Source: Nitrospirota bacterium (lineage in GTDB: Bacteria; JACPQY01). From it: a DNA stretch of 64,000 bases. Positions within the stretch are counted from its first letter, which is position 1; each line of letters starts with the position of its first letter. The position numbers and the translations under genes were made by a program. Shown piece by piece: positions 37,436-47,348 of this stretch. The notes beneath the pieces are model-generated. The model made no database searches, was not told the origin of the DNA, and worked only from the letters and a program-made list of their open reading frames with translations. The stretch is taken from positions 300,628 through 364,627 of the forward strand of contig JACPAV010000002.1 in the NCBI GenBank assembly GCA_016180645.1, given 5' to 3'.

Positions 37436-37965
37436 CGAAGGAGGTTGATAAGGGGAAAGGCCGTGACCGCCGCGGCGGCCAAGACGGGGGCGTAGAAGCA
37501 GGTCAATGTGGCCACCCAGGTTTCCTTGCGGCTCAGCAGGTGGACCTTTCCCCACGTCCTTCCCGTCCAACCCAGCACGGACAGGAATCCAAGCATGAAT
37601 CCAGCGAAGCCGGCCCATTCGTGCAGTCCATTGAGCGTCGCGCCCAAACGCGCGGCTTCAAGAAGAGCGATGATCCCGATCATTCGTCCTGTCATTCTCA
37701 TGCTGTCCATCAACGATCCCTTGCCGTTTATAAACCAGGCGATGATGTGGAGAATCAGGCTGAAACCGAGCCACCCCAGGAGGAGATAGGCAATGGGCAT
37801 GAGATCTGGAAAGTGTTGAGTGGACGAGGCCGACCATGGCCTCTGCAGGGCGAGTTCGGCCTCATGGGCCATCTCCATCCCTTCGTACAGCATCAGAAGG
37901 CAGGCCAAGAGAGGAGAGCCGAAGGAGAAAAGCGTTCCGAACAGCCCCGGTTCCCTTCGTTCCAA
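37432..37965 (-). CDS. Hypothetical multi-pass membrane protein (Yip1-like)
   Basis: About five hydrophobic segments. Confidence 0.5.
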   Translation of the reverse strand: MERREPGLFGTLFSFGSPLLACLLMLYEGMEMAHEAELALQRPWSASSTQHFPDLMPIAYLLLGWLGFSLILHIIAWFINGKGSLMDSMRMTGRMIGIIALLEAARLGATLNGLHEWAGFAGFMLGFLSVLGWTGRTWGKVHLLSRKETWVATLTCFYAPVLAAAAVTAFPLINLLR

Positions 37966-38066
37966 GATGACGCGAGTATATCACCCACCGAAAGAAAAAC
38001 CTTCCACTTGAGGCTCATCGCTTCAAATTGACAATCGTCGTGGGGGTGTCGTAGGTTCACGTCGAA

Positions 38067-38354
38067 ATGCCGGTCACCAAAGAAACCGTCGATCACGTCG
38101 CCAAGCTCGCCCGGCTGGAATTTCCCGAGGAAAAAAAGGCCAAGCTCACCGAGCAGCTCGGGAACATTCTCGACTATGTCTCGAAGTTGAATGAATTGAA
38201 GACGGATGACGTGGCGCCCCTCACTCATACCCTCGATCTGGAGACGCCATATCGAGAGGACGCCGTGAAACCTTCGCTCGGGCTGGAAGACGCCCTGGCC
38301 AACGCGCCCGCCAAGGAAGGCCCGTACTTCAAAGTGCCGCCGATCATTGAATAG
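38067..38354 (+). CDS. gatC: Asp/Glu-tRNA amidotransferase subunit C
   Basis: VDHVAKLARL, REDAV, ALANAP, YFKVPPIIE. Confidence 0.93.
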   Translation: MPVTKETVDHVAKLARLEFPEEKKAKLTEQLGNILDYVSKLNELKTDDVAPLTHTLDLETPYREDAVKPSLGLEDALANAPAKEGPYFKVPPIIE

Positions 38355-38425
38355 TGCCGAGTCCTGAGTCCCGAGCCATGAGTCGAAGCGAAGTTTTCTC
38401 TGCTCAGCACTCAGCACTTCCAGCG

Positions 38426-39913
38426 ATGGATCTCCTAGATCTGACTCTGAAGGAAGCGCGCGACGGGCTCCGTGCCCGGAAATTCTCCTCCGTCGATCTC
38501 ACCAAGGCTGTTCTGGCCGAAGTGGAAAAGCGGGAGCCTGAAATCCACAGCTTCATCACCCTCACGCCGGATCTCGCGATGGCCCAAGCCAGGGAAGCCG
38601 ATGCGGCACTCGACAAAGGGAACGCGCCGCCGCTGTGTGGAGTGCCCATCGCGCTGAAGGACATCTTCTGCACGAGAGGCGTCAAGACCACCTGCGGCAG
38701 CCGGATTCTAGAAAACTTCGTGCCCCCCTTCGACGCCACCGTCACGCGAAAACTTCGAGACGCCGGCGCCGTGATTGTAGGAAAGGCCAATATGGACGAA
38801 TTCGCCATGGGTTCCTCCACGGAACGCAGTGCGTTCGGCCCGACGAGGAATCCGGTGAACACCGCCTGCGTTCCGGGCGGCTCCAGTGGTGGTTCCGCGG
38901 CCGCGGTGGCCGCGAAGTTTGCGTTCGGTTCAATCGGCACCGATACGGGCGGGTCGATCCGCCAGCCGGCGGCCTTTTGCGGCGTGGTCGGCATGAAGCC
39001 CACATACGGCCGGGTGAGCCGATACGGCATGATCGCCTTTGCCTCGTCGCTCGATCAGGCCGGACCCTTCGCGCGGAACACCGATGACGCCGCACTTCTC
39101 CTCCAAGCCATCATGGGGCACGATCCGCTCGACTCCACGTCCTCCCCTCTGCCGGCCCCCAACCTGCAATCGGAATTGGAGCCCGTGAGCAAGGGCCTCC
39201 GGCTCGGCAAGCCGAAGGAGTACTTCGTGCAGGGTCTCGATCCGGAAATCCGCGCGGCCATCGACGGAGCGCTCAAGAAAATGGAATCCGCAGGCGCGGC
39301 GGTGGAAGAAGTCACGTTGCCGCACACGGAGTACGCCGTGCCGACCTACTACGTCCTGGCGCCGGCCGAAGCCAGCTCGAATCTTTCACGCTTCGATGGC
39401 GTGCGATACGGATTCCGCGCCAGGATGGCTGGCGGTCCCCGGAGCACCATGGACGGTAGCGGAGGGGGCCGCGCCCCCGGCACGGACAGACTCCTCGAGG
39501 TGTTCACGGAGTCACGGTCACAGGGATTCGGCGAAGAGGTGAAGCGTCGCATCCTGATCGGCACCTACGCCCTGAGCGCCGGATATTACGACGCCTACTA
39601 CCTCAAGGCCCTGAAAGTGCGCCGGCTCATCAAGCAGGATTACGACCGCGCGTTTTCAAGGGTCGACGTTATCGTCACTCCCACGACTCCATCACCGGCC
39701 TTCAAGCTCGGCGAGAAGCTGGACGATCCGCTCCAGATGTACCTGTCGGACATCTTCACCATTCCTTGCAATCTGGCGGGTCTCTGCGGCATTTCGATTC
39801 CCTGCGGGAAAACGAAGAGCGGACTCCCCATCGGCCTCCAGATCCTGGGCAAACCGCTCGACGAGCAGAAGGTGCTCCGCGTCGCAAAGGCGTTTGAGGA
39901 ATGTCTCAGATAG
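38426..39913 (+). CDS. gatA: Asp/Glu-tRNA amidotransferase subunit A
   Basis: IALKD, NMDEFAMGSS, GGSSGGS, GTDTGGSIRQPA, EVKRRILIGTYALSAGYYDAYY. Confidence 0.97.
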   Translation: MDLLDLTLKEARDGLRARKFSSVDLTKAVLAEVEKREPEIHSFITLTPDLAMAQAREADAALDKGNAPPLCGVPIALKDIFCTRGVKTTCGSRILENFVPPFDATVTRKLRDAGAVIVGKANMDEFAMGSSTERSAFGPTRNPVNTACVPGGSSGGSAAAVAAKFAFGSIGTDTGGSIRQPAAFCGVVGMKPTYGRVSRYGMIAFASSLDQAGPFARNTDDAALLLQAIMGHDPLDSTSSPLPAPNLQSELEPVSKGLRLGKPKEYFVQGLDPEIRAAIDGALKKMESAGAAVEEVTLPHTEYAVPTYYVLAPAEASSNLSRFDGVRYGFRARMAGGPRSTMDGSGGGRAPGTDRLLEVFTESRSQGFGEEVKRRILIGTYALSAGYYDAYYLKALKVRRLIKQDYDRAFSRVDVIVTPTTPSPAFKLGEKLDDPLQMYLSDIFTIPCNLAGLCGISIPCGKTKSGLPIGLQILGKPLDEQKVLRVAKAFEECLR

Positions 39914-39916
39914 CCC

Positions 39917-40021
39917 TCAGCGGTCAGCTGTCAGCTTTCAGTGCCGTAGGGGAGGACCTTCAGGTCCTCCCTGCTTGGGAGCAGCTAAAGCTGCTCCCCT
40001 ACACTGAATACTGACAACTGA
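39917..40021. repeat. GTAG-type REP doublet nested in a TCAGCnn heptamer inverted repeat
   Basis: GTAGGGGAGGACCTTCAGGTCCTCCC..GGGAGCAGCTAAAGCTGCTCCCCTAC (39946-40002) flanked by tcagcgg/tcagctg/tcagctt and ctgaata/ctgacaa/ctga. Confidence 0.8.
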
Positions 40022-40030
40022 GAACTTGGA

Positions 40031-41314
40031 ATGAACATTCTAGTCGTCGGCGGCGGAGGGCGGGAGCATGCCCTTGTCTGGAGGCTGGCTCAGAGTCCCG
40101 AGAAACCCCGCATCTTCTGTGTTCCGGGAAGCGATGGGATTTCTCACCTCGCGGAAACCGCCAATATCCGCGTGGACCAGATTCCTCACCTCGTCCAGTT
40201 CGCGAGAGAAGAGAGAATCGACGTCGCCGTGGTGGGTCCCGAACAGCCGCTTGTTGCCGGTCTGATCGACGAACTCCAGAAGGCGGGCGTCCCATCCGTA
40301 GGACCTACCCGCACCGCGGCAGAAATCGAAGGAAGCAAGGTCTTCATGAAAGAACTTATGACGCGCGTCGGCGTGAAAACGGCACCCTTCAAGGTTCTTT
40401 CCGGCAAGACCGACACGCTGACCTACATCCGGCACCGGCCCTTCCCTCAAGTGCTCAAAGTGGACGGACTCGCCGGCGGCAAGGGCGCCTTTGTTTTGAA
40501 TGAACTTGCGGACGCATGGGCGGCCCTGGGGATGATCTTCGACTCGAAGGAACTCGCCGAAGCTGGAAAACGGCTGATCGTGGAAGATTTTCTGCCCGGA
40601 GAGGAGGCCTCGTTCATTGTGCTGACCGACGGAGAGAACTGCGTTCCACTTCCACCGGCGCAGGACCACAAAAGGCTCAACGACGACGACCAAGGCCCCA
40701 ACACCGGCGGCATGGGCGCGTACGTCCCCGCCCCCGTCCTCACCGACGAACTGCAACAGCGCGTCCTGAAAGAGATCATCCGGCCCGTTCTGCACGGCAT
40801 GGCGCAAATGGGACGTCCCTATCGGGGATTTCTCTACGCCGGCCTCATGATCACAAAAGAGGGGCCGTCCGTACTGGAGTTCAATGCCCGTCCTGGAGAT
40901 CCGGAGACGCAGCCCCAAATGTTTTCGCTCCGCGAAGATCTCCTTCCCGTTCTGGTCCAAGTGGCGCAGGGCAGATTGGAGGGTCGCCCTCAGTCGATCG
41001 AGTTTTCTCCTTCAGCGTGTGTCGTGGTGTCCTCGGCCGGATATCCCGGAACCCCGGAGAAAGGAAAAGTCATACAAGGGCTGGGGAAGAAAGAAACCGA
41101 TCCGGACGTGGCCGTCTTTCATGCGGGCACAAAGAAATCCGGGGAAAATTGGATCACCAACGGCGGGCGCGTGCTCGGAGTGACGGCGCGCGGCAGCTCG
41201 CTCCAAAACGCCCTTCAGAAGGCCTACGGCCGCCTCGAAACCATCCAGTTTGAAGGCATGCATTTCCGAAAAGACATCGGGCGGAAAGGCCTGAACCGAC
41301 CGGAGGCGCCCTGA
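40031..41314 (+). CDS. purD: Phosphoribosylamine-glycine ligase
   Basis: GGGGREHAL, VGPEQPL, EGSK, QDHKR, GPNTGGMGAY, TNGGRVL. Confidence 0.97.
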   Translation: MNILVVGGGGREHALVWRLAQSPEKPRIFCVPGSDGISHLAETANIRVDQIPHLVQFAREERIDVAVVGPEQPLVAGLIDELQKAGVPSVGPTRTAAEIEGSKVFMKELMTRVGVKTAPFKVLSGKTDTLTYIRHRPFPQVLKVDGLAGGKGAFVLNELADAWAALGMIFDSKELAEAGKRLIVEDFLPGEEASFIVLTDGENCVPLPPAQDHKRLNDDDQGPNTGGMGAYVPAPVLTDELQQRVLKEIIRPVLHGMAQMGRPYRGFLYAGLMITKEGPSVLEFNARPGDPETQPQMFSLREDLLPVLVQVAQGRLEGRPQSIEFSPSACVVVSSAGYPGTPEKGKVIQGLGKKETDPDVAVFHAGTKKSGENWITNGGRVLGVTARGSSLQNALQKAYGRLETIQFEGMHFRKDIGRKGLNRPEAP

Positions 41315-41320
41315 GGCCCC

Positions 41321-41650
41321 ATGGCTGATTTCGTTGACGCCATCGTCGTTCTCATCACCGCTCCTCCCGGCGAAGCGGCGGACACAATCAGCCGCAAGAT
41401 CCTGGAGGACAAGCTCGCCGCCTGCGTGAATCAAATTCCCCAGATCCGCTCACTGTATGGGTGGGAAGGAAAAATCAACGACGATTCCGAGGTGTTACTG
41501 GTTGTCAAGACCACTCGATCACACTTCCAGAAACTCGTCCACGTTGTGAAGAGCGTCCACCCCTATGAAGTGCCGGAGATCATCGCGCTGCCCGTGGTGG
41601 ACGGTTCGGACTCGTATTTGAAATGGATTGCCGAAGCCACGCGAACGTGA
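41321..41650 (+). CDS. cutA: Divalent-cation tolerance protein CutA
   Basis: LAACVN, SLYGWEGKI, HPYEVPEIIALPV. Confidence 0.92.
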   Translation: MADFVDAIVVLITAPPGEAADTISRKILEDKLAACVNQIPQIRSLYGWEGKINDDSEVLLVVKTTRSHFQKLVHVVKSVHPYEVPEIIALPVVDGSDSYLKWIAEATRT

Positions 41651-41663
41651 TAGCCAGAGCCAC

Positions 41664-42206
41664 GTGGCTCGTAAGACGGTTCGAGGTGTATCAGTCAAGA
41701 AAGGGCGGGACGGTCCGCTCGTGGCCATTCTCATGGGCAGCCTATCGGATCAAGACTCCATGCAAGAAGCGGCTAAGGCCTTGTCGGACTTTGGAATCCC
41801 ATACGAGTCCCACGTCACGTCGGCCCATCGCACACCTTCGCGAACCGAGAAACTGGTACACGATTGCGAAGCGAACGGCGTGGAAGTATTCATCGCGGGC
41901 GCCGGCGGAGCGGCTCACCTCGCCGGCGTGGTGGCGGCGCGAACTCTCGTTCCGGTGATTGGGGTTCCGCTCGATTCGTCCCCACTCAGGGGAATCGATG
42001 CCCTCCTCTCCACTGCCCAGATGCCCCCGGGAGTTCCCGTGGCCTCCATGGGCATCGGCCGATGGGGAGCAAGGAATGCGGGGATTCTGGCCGTCCAAAT
42101 TCTTTCCCTGAGCCGGCCGCCTCTCCGGGAGGCCCTGGCGAAACATCGAAAGACCATGGAAGAAGGTGTTGAGGAAGCGGATGGAAAACTCAAGAAGGGT
42201 GCGTAG
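41664..42206 (+). CDS. purE: N5-CAIR mutase
   Basis: ILMGSLSD, SAHRTP, AGAGGAAHLAG, QMPPGVPVA; start uncertain. Confidence 0.95.
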   Translation: MARKTVRGVSVKKGRDGPLVAILMGSLSDQDSMQEAAKALSDFGIPYESHVTSAHRTPSRTEKLVHDCEANGVEVFIAGAGGAAHLAGVVAARTLVPVIGVPLDSSPLRGIDALLSTAQMPPGVPVASMGIGRWGARNAGILAVQILSLSRPPLREALAKHRKTMEEGVEEADGKLKKGA

Positions 42207-42876
42207 GAAGTCCGGTGACGCCCGACGAATTTCGAATGCAAGATTCCCCCAACTTGTTCCGATCCGAGAGGCCTACCCGGATGGAGACGTGCTGGACCGC
42301 GCCCGCCTTGAAATCTATGCCGGTGGAATTGTGGCGTACCCCACGGAAACGTTTTTCGGACTTGGCGTGAACGCGCTCGACTCAAAGGCCGTGGAGAAAC
42401 TCTTTGCCCTCAAGGGAAGAGATCGAAAGAAAGCCATGCCGATGCTGCTCCCCTCGCGCAATTCCCTCGATCAGTGGGCGCGCAAGGTGACGCCCCTCGC
42501 CCGAAGGCTGATGGAGGCCTTCTGGCCGGGGCCGCTCACGCTCCTGCTCGCCGCCCGTCCCGGATTGCCCGCTCCGCTCATCGGTCAGGACGGCACACTG
42601 GGGGTTCGGGAGACCCGACTCCGCTGGGTTCAGGATTGGGTGGCGGCTTGCGGCACGTTGATCACCTCCACGAGCGCGAATCGATCCGGCCGTTCCCCGG
42701 CCACTCGCGGCGCCCAGGTGGCGCGGGAGTTCGGACTGGGAGTCGATCTGGTTCTCGACGCGGCGGGATGCACCTTGCGCGCGCCATCCACGGTGGTGGA
42801 CGCCCGCCAAAAGCGGCCGGTGATCGTCCGTGAAGGCGCCATCGCGCGAAAAGACATCCTGGAGGCCGCCCAGTGA
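42199..42876 (+). CDS. tsaC: Threonylcarbamoyl-AMP synthase (YrdC/Sua5)
   Basis: AYPTETFFGLG, KGR, FWPGPLT, TSTSANRSG, PSTVVD, REGAI; start uncertain. Confidence 0.92.
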   Translation: MRRKSGDARRISNARFPQLVPIREAYPDGDVLDRARLEIYAGGIVAYPTETFFGLGVNALDSKAVEKLFALKGRDRKKAMPMLLPSRNSLDQWARKVTPLARRLMEAFWPGPLTLLLAARPGLPAPLIGQDGTLGVRETRLRWVQDWVAACGTLITSTSANRSGRSPATRGAQVAREFGLGVDLVLDAAGCTLRAPSTVVDARQKRPVIVREGAIARKDILEAAQ

Positions 42877-42943
42877 TTCACCAGCCTCCAGCCGATTTGA
42901 GATTTGAGATTTCAAATTTGAAATCCTCTGAACGGGTGGTGGG

Positions 42944-44281
42944 ATGATCGAGATCAAACCCTTCCGGGGGGTGCGGTACAGCGCCTCCCACATCCGCGAC
43001 CTCTCGAACGTGGTGGCCCCTCCTTACGACGTCATCACGCCTGATCTCCAGGAATCGCTCTACGAAACGCACCAGTACAATTGCGTCCGTCTGACCTTCG
43101 GAAAGATTTACGGGAGCGACACGCCGGATGACAATCGATACACCCGTTCGGCGCAATTGCTGCACGACTGGATGGCCAAGGGAACTCTGGCCGCGGATGC
43201 CGAGCCCTCCATCTACATCACCCAGCAGGAATATCCGGTTCCCCTCTGGCCTCACGGCCCCATGACCCCGACCCGGCGCAAGCAGGTCGGGTTCGTCGCT
43301 TTGTTCAAACTTAGGCCGCTGACATCGGGAGACATTTTCCCGCATGAGAAGACGCACGGGCCCCCGAAGGAAGACCGGTACAAGCTCCTCGAATCCACCC
43401 GCGCCAATTTCTGCCAGGTGTTCGGACTCTACTCCGATCCCTCGGGAAAGATCGAGGAGCTCCTAAAAAAACGGATCAGGGGCAAGGCCTCCAAGGTCCA
43501 ATTCCAAACGGTGGAAGGATCGGAACACCGGATGTGGGTCGAGTCCGACAAGGCTTTTCTCGGTCCCTTCATCCAGTTGGTTCAGAAAAGCGCCCTGATG
43601 ATCGCGGATGGCCATCACCGCTATGAAGCGGCCCTTCGCTTCTCCAAAGATCATCCGGGCCGGGAAACCCCGTGGTCGCACGTCCTCATGTACTTCACGC
43701 GGATGGAAGGCGAAGGGGTCTCCGTGTATCCCACCCACCGTCTCGTCGGGGGTCTGGAAAAGCGGGATGCGCAGGCCTTCGTGGCCCAACTGCGAAAAGA
43801 CCACCCGACGGACATCGTCTCGTTCGACCGGACAAACCCCCAGAAGATGGCGCGGCGCCTCCTCAGCCAACTCGAGAAAAAAGGCAAGTTCCCCTATTTC
43901 GGAATCTACATTGCGGACAGCACCGAGCTCGTTTTCGTGAACGCCAGGAACGCGAAGGTGAAAGTCCCGGCGGCGTTGAAACAGATGACCGTCCCGATCC
44001 TCCATGAAGGATTCATCGAACCCCTCTTGGGAAAAGGGAAAGAGCGCGAAACGCGCACCTTGAGTTACGGCGTCGATCCTATTGAACTAATGCGGTGGGT
44101 GGACGAGGGCCAATATCAGATCGCCTTCTTGGTGCCGCCCGTCGATACCAAATCCGTGTTCGAGGCCGCCTCCCAATCGATCATCCTCCCGCCAAAGACG
44201 ACTTTCTTTTTTCCCAAGCGCCTCTCCGGGATGGTCATGTACAAGTGGGAACTGCCCGTCAAGCAGGAGCAGGCGGGGTGA
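42944..44281 (+). CDS. DUF1015-family protein (ParB-like fold)
   Basis: IKPFRGVRY, APPYDVI, IFPHEKT, IADGHHRY, LPPKTTFFFPK. Confidence 0.88.
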   Translation: MIEIKPFRGVRYSASHIRDLSNVVAPPYDVITPDLQESLYETHQYNCVRLTFGKIYGSDTPDDNRYTRSAQLLHDWMAKGTLAADAEPSIYITQQEYPVPLWPHGPMTPTRRKQVGFVALFKLRPLTSGDIFPHEKTHGPPKEDRYKLLESTRANFCQVFGLYSDPSGKIEELLKKRIRGKASKVQFQTVEGSEHRMWVESDKAFLGPFIQLVQKSALMIADGHHRYEAALRFSKDHPGRETPWSHVLMYFTRMEGEGVSVYPTHRLVGGLEKRDAQAFVAQLRKDHPTDIVSFDRTNPQKMARRLLSQLEKKGKFPYFGIYIADSTELVFVNARNAKVKVPAALKQMTVPILHEGFIEPLLGKGKERETRTLSYGVDPIELMRWVDEGQYQIAFLVPPVDTKSVFEAASQSIILPPKTTFFFPKRLSGMVMYKWELPVKQEQAG

Positions 44282-44348
44282 CCCCGCCTCCACGGCGAGA
44301 TTTGAGATTTGAGATTTCAAATGGGGAATCCGCGGAGGGGAGCGGATC

Positions 44349-45047
44349 ATGAGATTCGGCGTCGTCGTCTTCCCGGGCTCCAATTGCGATCTGGATGCGC
44401 TGTATGTTCTGAGGAACGTCCTCGGCGTGCCGGCCGATCTCGTTTGGCACGGTCAAGCGGATCTCTCCGGATATGACACCGTCATTCTACCCGGAGGTTT
44501 TTCGTACGGGGACTACCTCCGCGCCGGCGCCCTCGCCGCCTTCTCTCCCGTCATGGGCGCCGTGAAATCCTATGCGGAGCGGGGCGGCCTCGTAGTGGGC
44601 ATCTGCAATGGCTTCCAGATCCTGGTCGAAGCCGGTCTCCTGCCGGGCGCCTTGATTACGAACAAAACGCTCTCCTTCATCTGCCGTGAGGTCCCCCTGA
44701 GGGTGGAGCGAACGGACACCCCCTTCACCAAGCTCTATCGCCTGGGCGAAATCATCCGCTTGCCCATCGCCCACCAAACCGGAAACTACATGGGAAACCC
44801 CGACACCCTCGCGCAGATCCAGAACCACCGCCAGATCCTATTCCGCTACTGCGGCGAAGAAGGGGAATCGTCGCCGGACGCCAATCCAAACGGCTCGGCC
44901 CTGGACATTGCAGGGCTCCAGAACCTCCAAGGCAACGTGCTCGGCATGATGCCCCACCCCGAACGCGCCTCCGAATCCGTTCTGGGGCGCGCGGACGGAC
45001 TCAGACTCTTCGAATCCATCCTTGCCCACGCCCAACACCGGAACTGA
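44349..45047 (+). CDS. purQ: FGAM synthase glutaminase subunit
   Basis: VFPGSNCD, PGGFSYGDYLRAG, GICNGFQ, MMPHPER. Confidence 0.96.
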   Translation: MRFGVVVFPGSNCDLDALYVLRNVLGVPADLVWHGQADLSGYDTVILPGGFSYGDYLRAGALAAFSPVMGAVKSYAERGGLVVGICNGFQILVEAGLLPGALITNKTLSFICREVPLRVERTDTPFTKLYRLGEIIRLPIAHQTGNYMGNPDTLAQIQNHRQILFRYCGEEGESSPDANPNGSALDIAGLQNLQGNVLGMMPHPERASESVLGRADGLRLFESILAHAQHRN

Positions 45048-45167
45048 ACGCTCGCCTGCCGAATCCGCCGCCCCTTCCGCGGCGCTTCAGGGACGGCCCC
45101 CTGCGCTCCGCTTCGGGGACGATGAAAGGACTCGTCATGGGGTCTCTGCATCGCGAATGGAATTGCA

Positions 45168-47348
45168 ATGCTGACTCTCGCCGCTCGCCACGGTCTCGGA
45201 CCGGCCGAATACGAGCGCCTGAGAGAGCTGCTCGGCCGGGAACCGGACGAGATCGAAATGGGCGTCATGGGCGCCATGTGGAGCGAGCATTGCAGCTACA
45301 AAAGCTCCAAGGTACATCTCCGCAAGTTGGCGAGTTCCAGCCCGCGCCTCGTGCAGGGCCCCGGCGAAAATGCAGGCATCGTCGAGCTGATGGACGGCTG
45401 GTGCGCCGCTTTCAAGATCGAGAGCCACAATCATCCCTCGTACATCGAGCCGTTCCAGGGTGCGGCCACCGGCGTGGGCGGAATCATCCGCGACATCCTC
45501 GCCATGGGCGCCCGCCCCATCGCCCTGCTCGACTCCCTCCGCTTCGGCTGGCCCGATCATCCGAAAACGAAATACCTCGTGAACGGAGTCGTCTCCGGCG
45601 TCGGCTCCTACGGAAACTGTGTCGGCGTGCCCACCGTGGGCGGTGAAATCCAGTTCCATCGCTCCTACAATCGGAACAATCTCGTCAATGCGTTCTGCCT
45701 CGGCATCGTCCGGAAGGACCGCATCATTCGCGGACGCGCCGAGGGCATTGGAAATCCTCTGATCTACACAGGCGCAAAGACCGGAAGGGACGGCATCCAC
45801 GGCGCCACGATGGCCTCGGCCGCATTCGGCTCCAAGGATGAGGAGGTCAAGCGGCCCAACGTCCAGATCGCGGATCCGTTCATGGAAAAACTTCTGATCG
45901 AAGCCTGCCTCGAAGCCATCGACAAGGGCCTCGTCCTCGGGATGCAGGACATGGGCGCGGCCGGCATCATCAACTCCACGTCCGAAATGGCGGGGCGCGG
46001 GGGAAACGGAGTGGATCTCCAACTGGAACGCGTGCCTCTCCGGGAGCCGGCGATGAGACCCTACGAAATCGTGCTTTCTGAGTCGCAGGAACGAATGGTC
46101 CTCGTGGTTCCCTCTTCGAGAGCCTCGGAAGCCGTCGAACTGTTCCGCAAGTGGGGTCTGAATACGGAAGTCTTCGGAAATGTCACGGATCACGGCGCCG
46201 TCCGACTGCTCTCCGACGGCCGGGAGGTCGGGCGGATTCCCGTTCACGTGATCGTGGACGGCGCGCCGCAATACACCCGTGCCTTCGAGGCCGACCCGCG
46301 CCCGGCCGCGACCCCCCCCCCGGCGCTCCGCGAGGAACCGGAACGGATCTTCAAGGCGCTGCTGGCCGACCCGAATCTGAAGAGCAAGCGCTGGGTGTGG
46401 GAGAAATACGATTGGAGCGTGGGCACCAACACCGTGTTAGGGCCGGGTTCCGATGCCGCCGTCCTCCGTCTGAAGGGATCGCGGGGGGGGATCGCACTGA
46501 CGGTGGATGCCAACCCGCGGTGGTGCTTCGCCGACCCGAAAAAGGGAACGATCCTGACGCTTCTCGAATCCTTCCGAAATCTTGCCTGCGTGGGAGCGGA
46601 ACCCGTGGGGGTGACCAATTGCCTGAACTTCGGGAACCCGGAGAATCAGCGCGTGATGGGCCAATTCGCCGCCGCCGTGGCCGGTTTGCAAGAGGCCTGC
46701 AAAAACCTTACACTCCCGATTGTGAGTGGAAACGTCAGTTTCTACAACGAAACCGAAGGGGACCAAATCCATCCAACACCCGCTTTGGCTCTCGTTGGGA
46801 CACTCGAAGACGTATCCAAGCCGGTAGGCGCTTCGTTCAGGAAAGATAATCAGATCATCGGGTTGGTTGGAGACTCATTGGGTTCGGCAATGCATCTTGT
46901 TGGTTCAGAAGCCCTCGCATTCCTCGAGGACGCAGAAGGGATTCCTCCTTACGAACCCAGTTTCCAAAAGGAGCAGGCCACCGCTTCGTTTCTCCGCGAG
47001 GCTCTGAACGCAGCGATAGTTTCTTCTGTGCACGACGTATCGGATGGGGGGCTTGCCGTGGCGCTCATGGAATGTTGTCTGGGTGCGGCAAGCATCGGCG
47101 GCATCGGAGCCCGCGTGTCCCTGAAGAACTCAAATCATCCCATTGCCGAATTGTTCGGCGAAGGTCCTCCCCGATTCGTGATCTCGGCGGACGCCGATTC
47201 GGCTGGGCGTCTCCATGAGCTCGCCTCCTCGCACCAGGTCACGTTCTCCGAGATCGGCCGCACGGGCGGCGACGCCCTCGTCCTCGATCCTTTCCTCCGA
47301 ATCCCACTCCGCGCTCTCCGGGAGCAATGGGAGGCCCCGTGGCGTTAG
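45168..47348 (+). CDS. purL: FGAM synthase subunit PurL (small form)
   Basis: [47 protein letters not shown]. Confidence 0.97.
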   Translation: MLTLAARHGLGPAEYERLRELLGREPDEIEMGVMGAMWSEHCSYKSSKVHLRKLASSSPRLVQGPGENAGIVELMDGWCAAFKIESHNHPSYIEPFQGAATGVGGIIRDILAMGARPIALLDSLRFGWPDHPKTKYLVNGVVSGVGSYGNCVGVPTVGGEIQFHRSYNRNNLVNAFCLGIVRKDRIIRGRAEGIGNPLIYTGAKTGRDGIHGATMASAAFGSKDEEVKRPNVQIADPFMEKLLIEACLEAIDKGLVLGMQDMGAAGIINSTSEMAGRGGNGVDLQLERVPLREPAMRPYEIVLSESQERMVLVVPSSRASEAVELFRKWGLNTEVFGNVTDHGAVRLLSDGREVGRIPVHVIVDGAPQYTRAFEADPRPAATPPPALREEPERIFKALLADPNLKSKRWVWEKYDWSVGTNTVLGPGSDAAVLRLKGSRGGIALTVDANPRWCFADPKKGTILTLLESFRNLACVGAEPVGVTNCLNFGNPENQRVMGQFAAAVAGLQEACKNLTLPIVSGNVSFYNETEGDQIHPTPALALVGTLEDVSKPVGASFRKDNQIIGLVGDSLGSAMHLVGSEALAFLEDAEGIPPYEPSFQKEQATASFLREALNAAIVSSVHDVSDGGLAVALMECCLGAASIGGIGARVSLKNSNHPIAELFGEGPPRFVISADADSAGRLHELASSHQVTFSEIGRTGGDALVLDPFLRIPLRALREQWEAPWR

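Noticed and set aside
38354-38425. N-terminal extension of GatA (track start 38354)
   Set aside because: The extension is a translated heptamer inverted repeat; ATG 38426 fits the normal GatA length.
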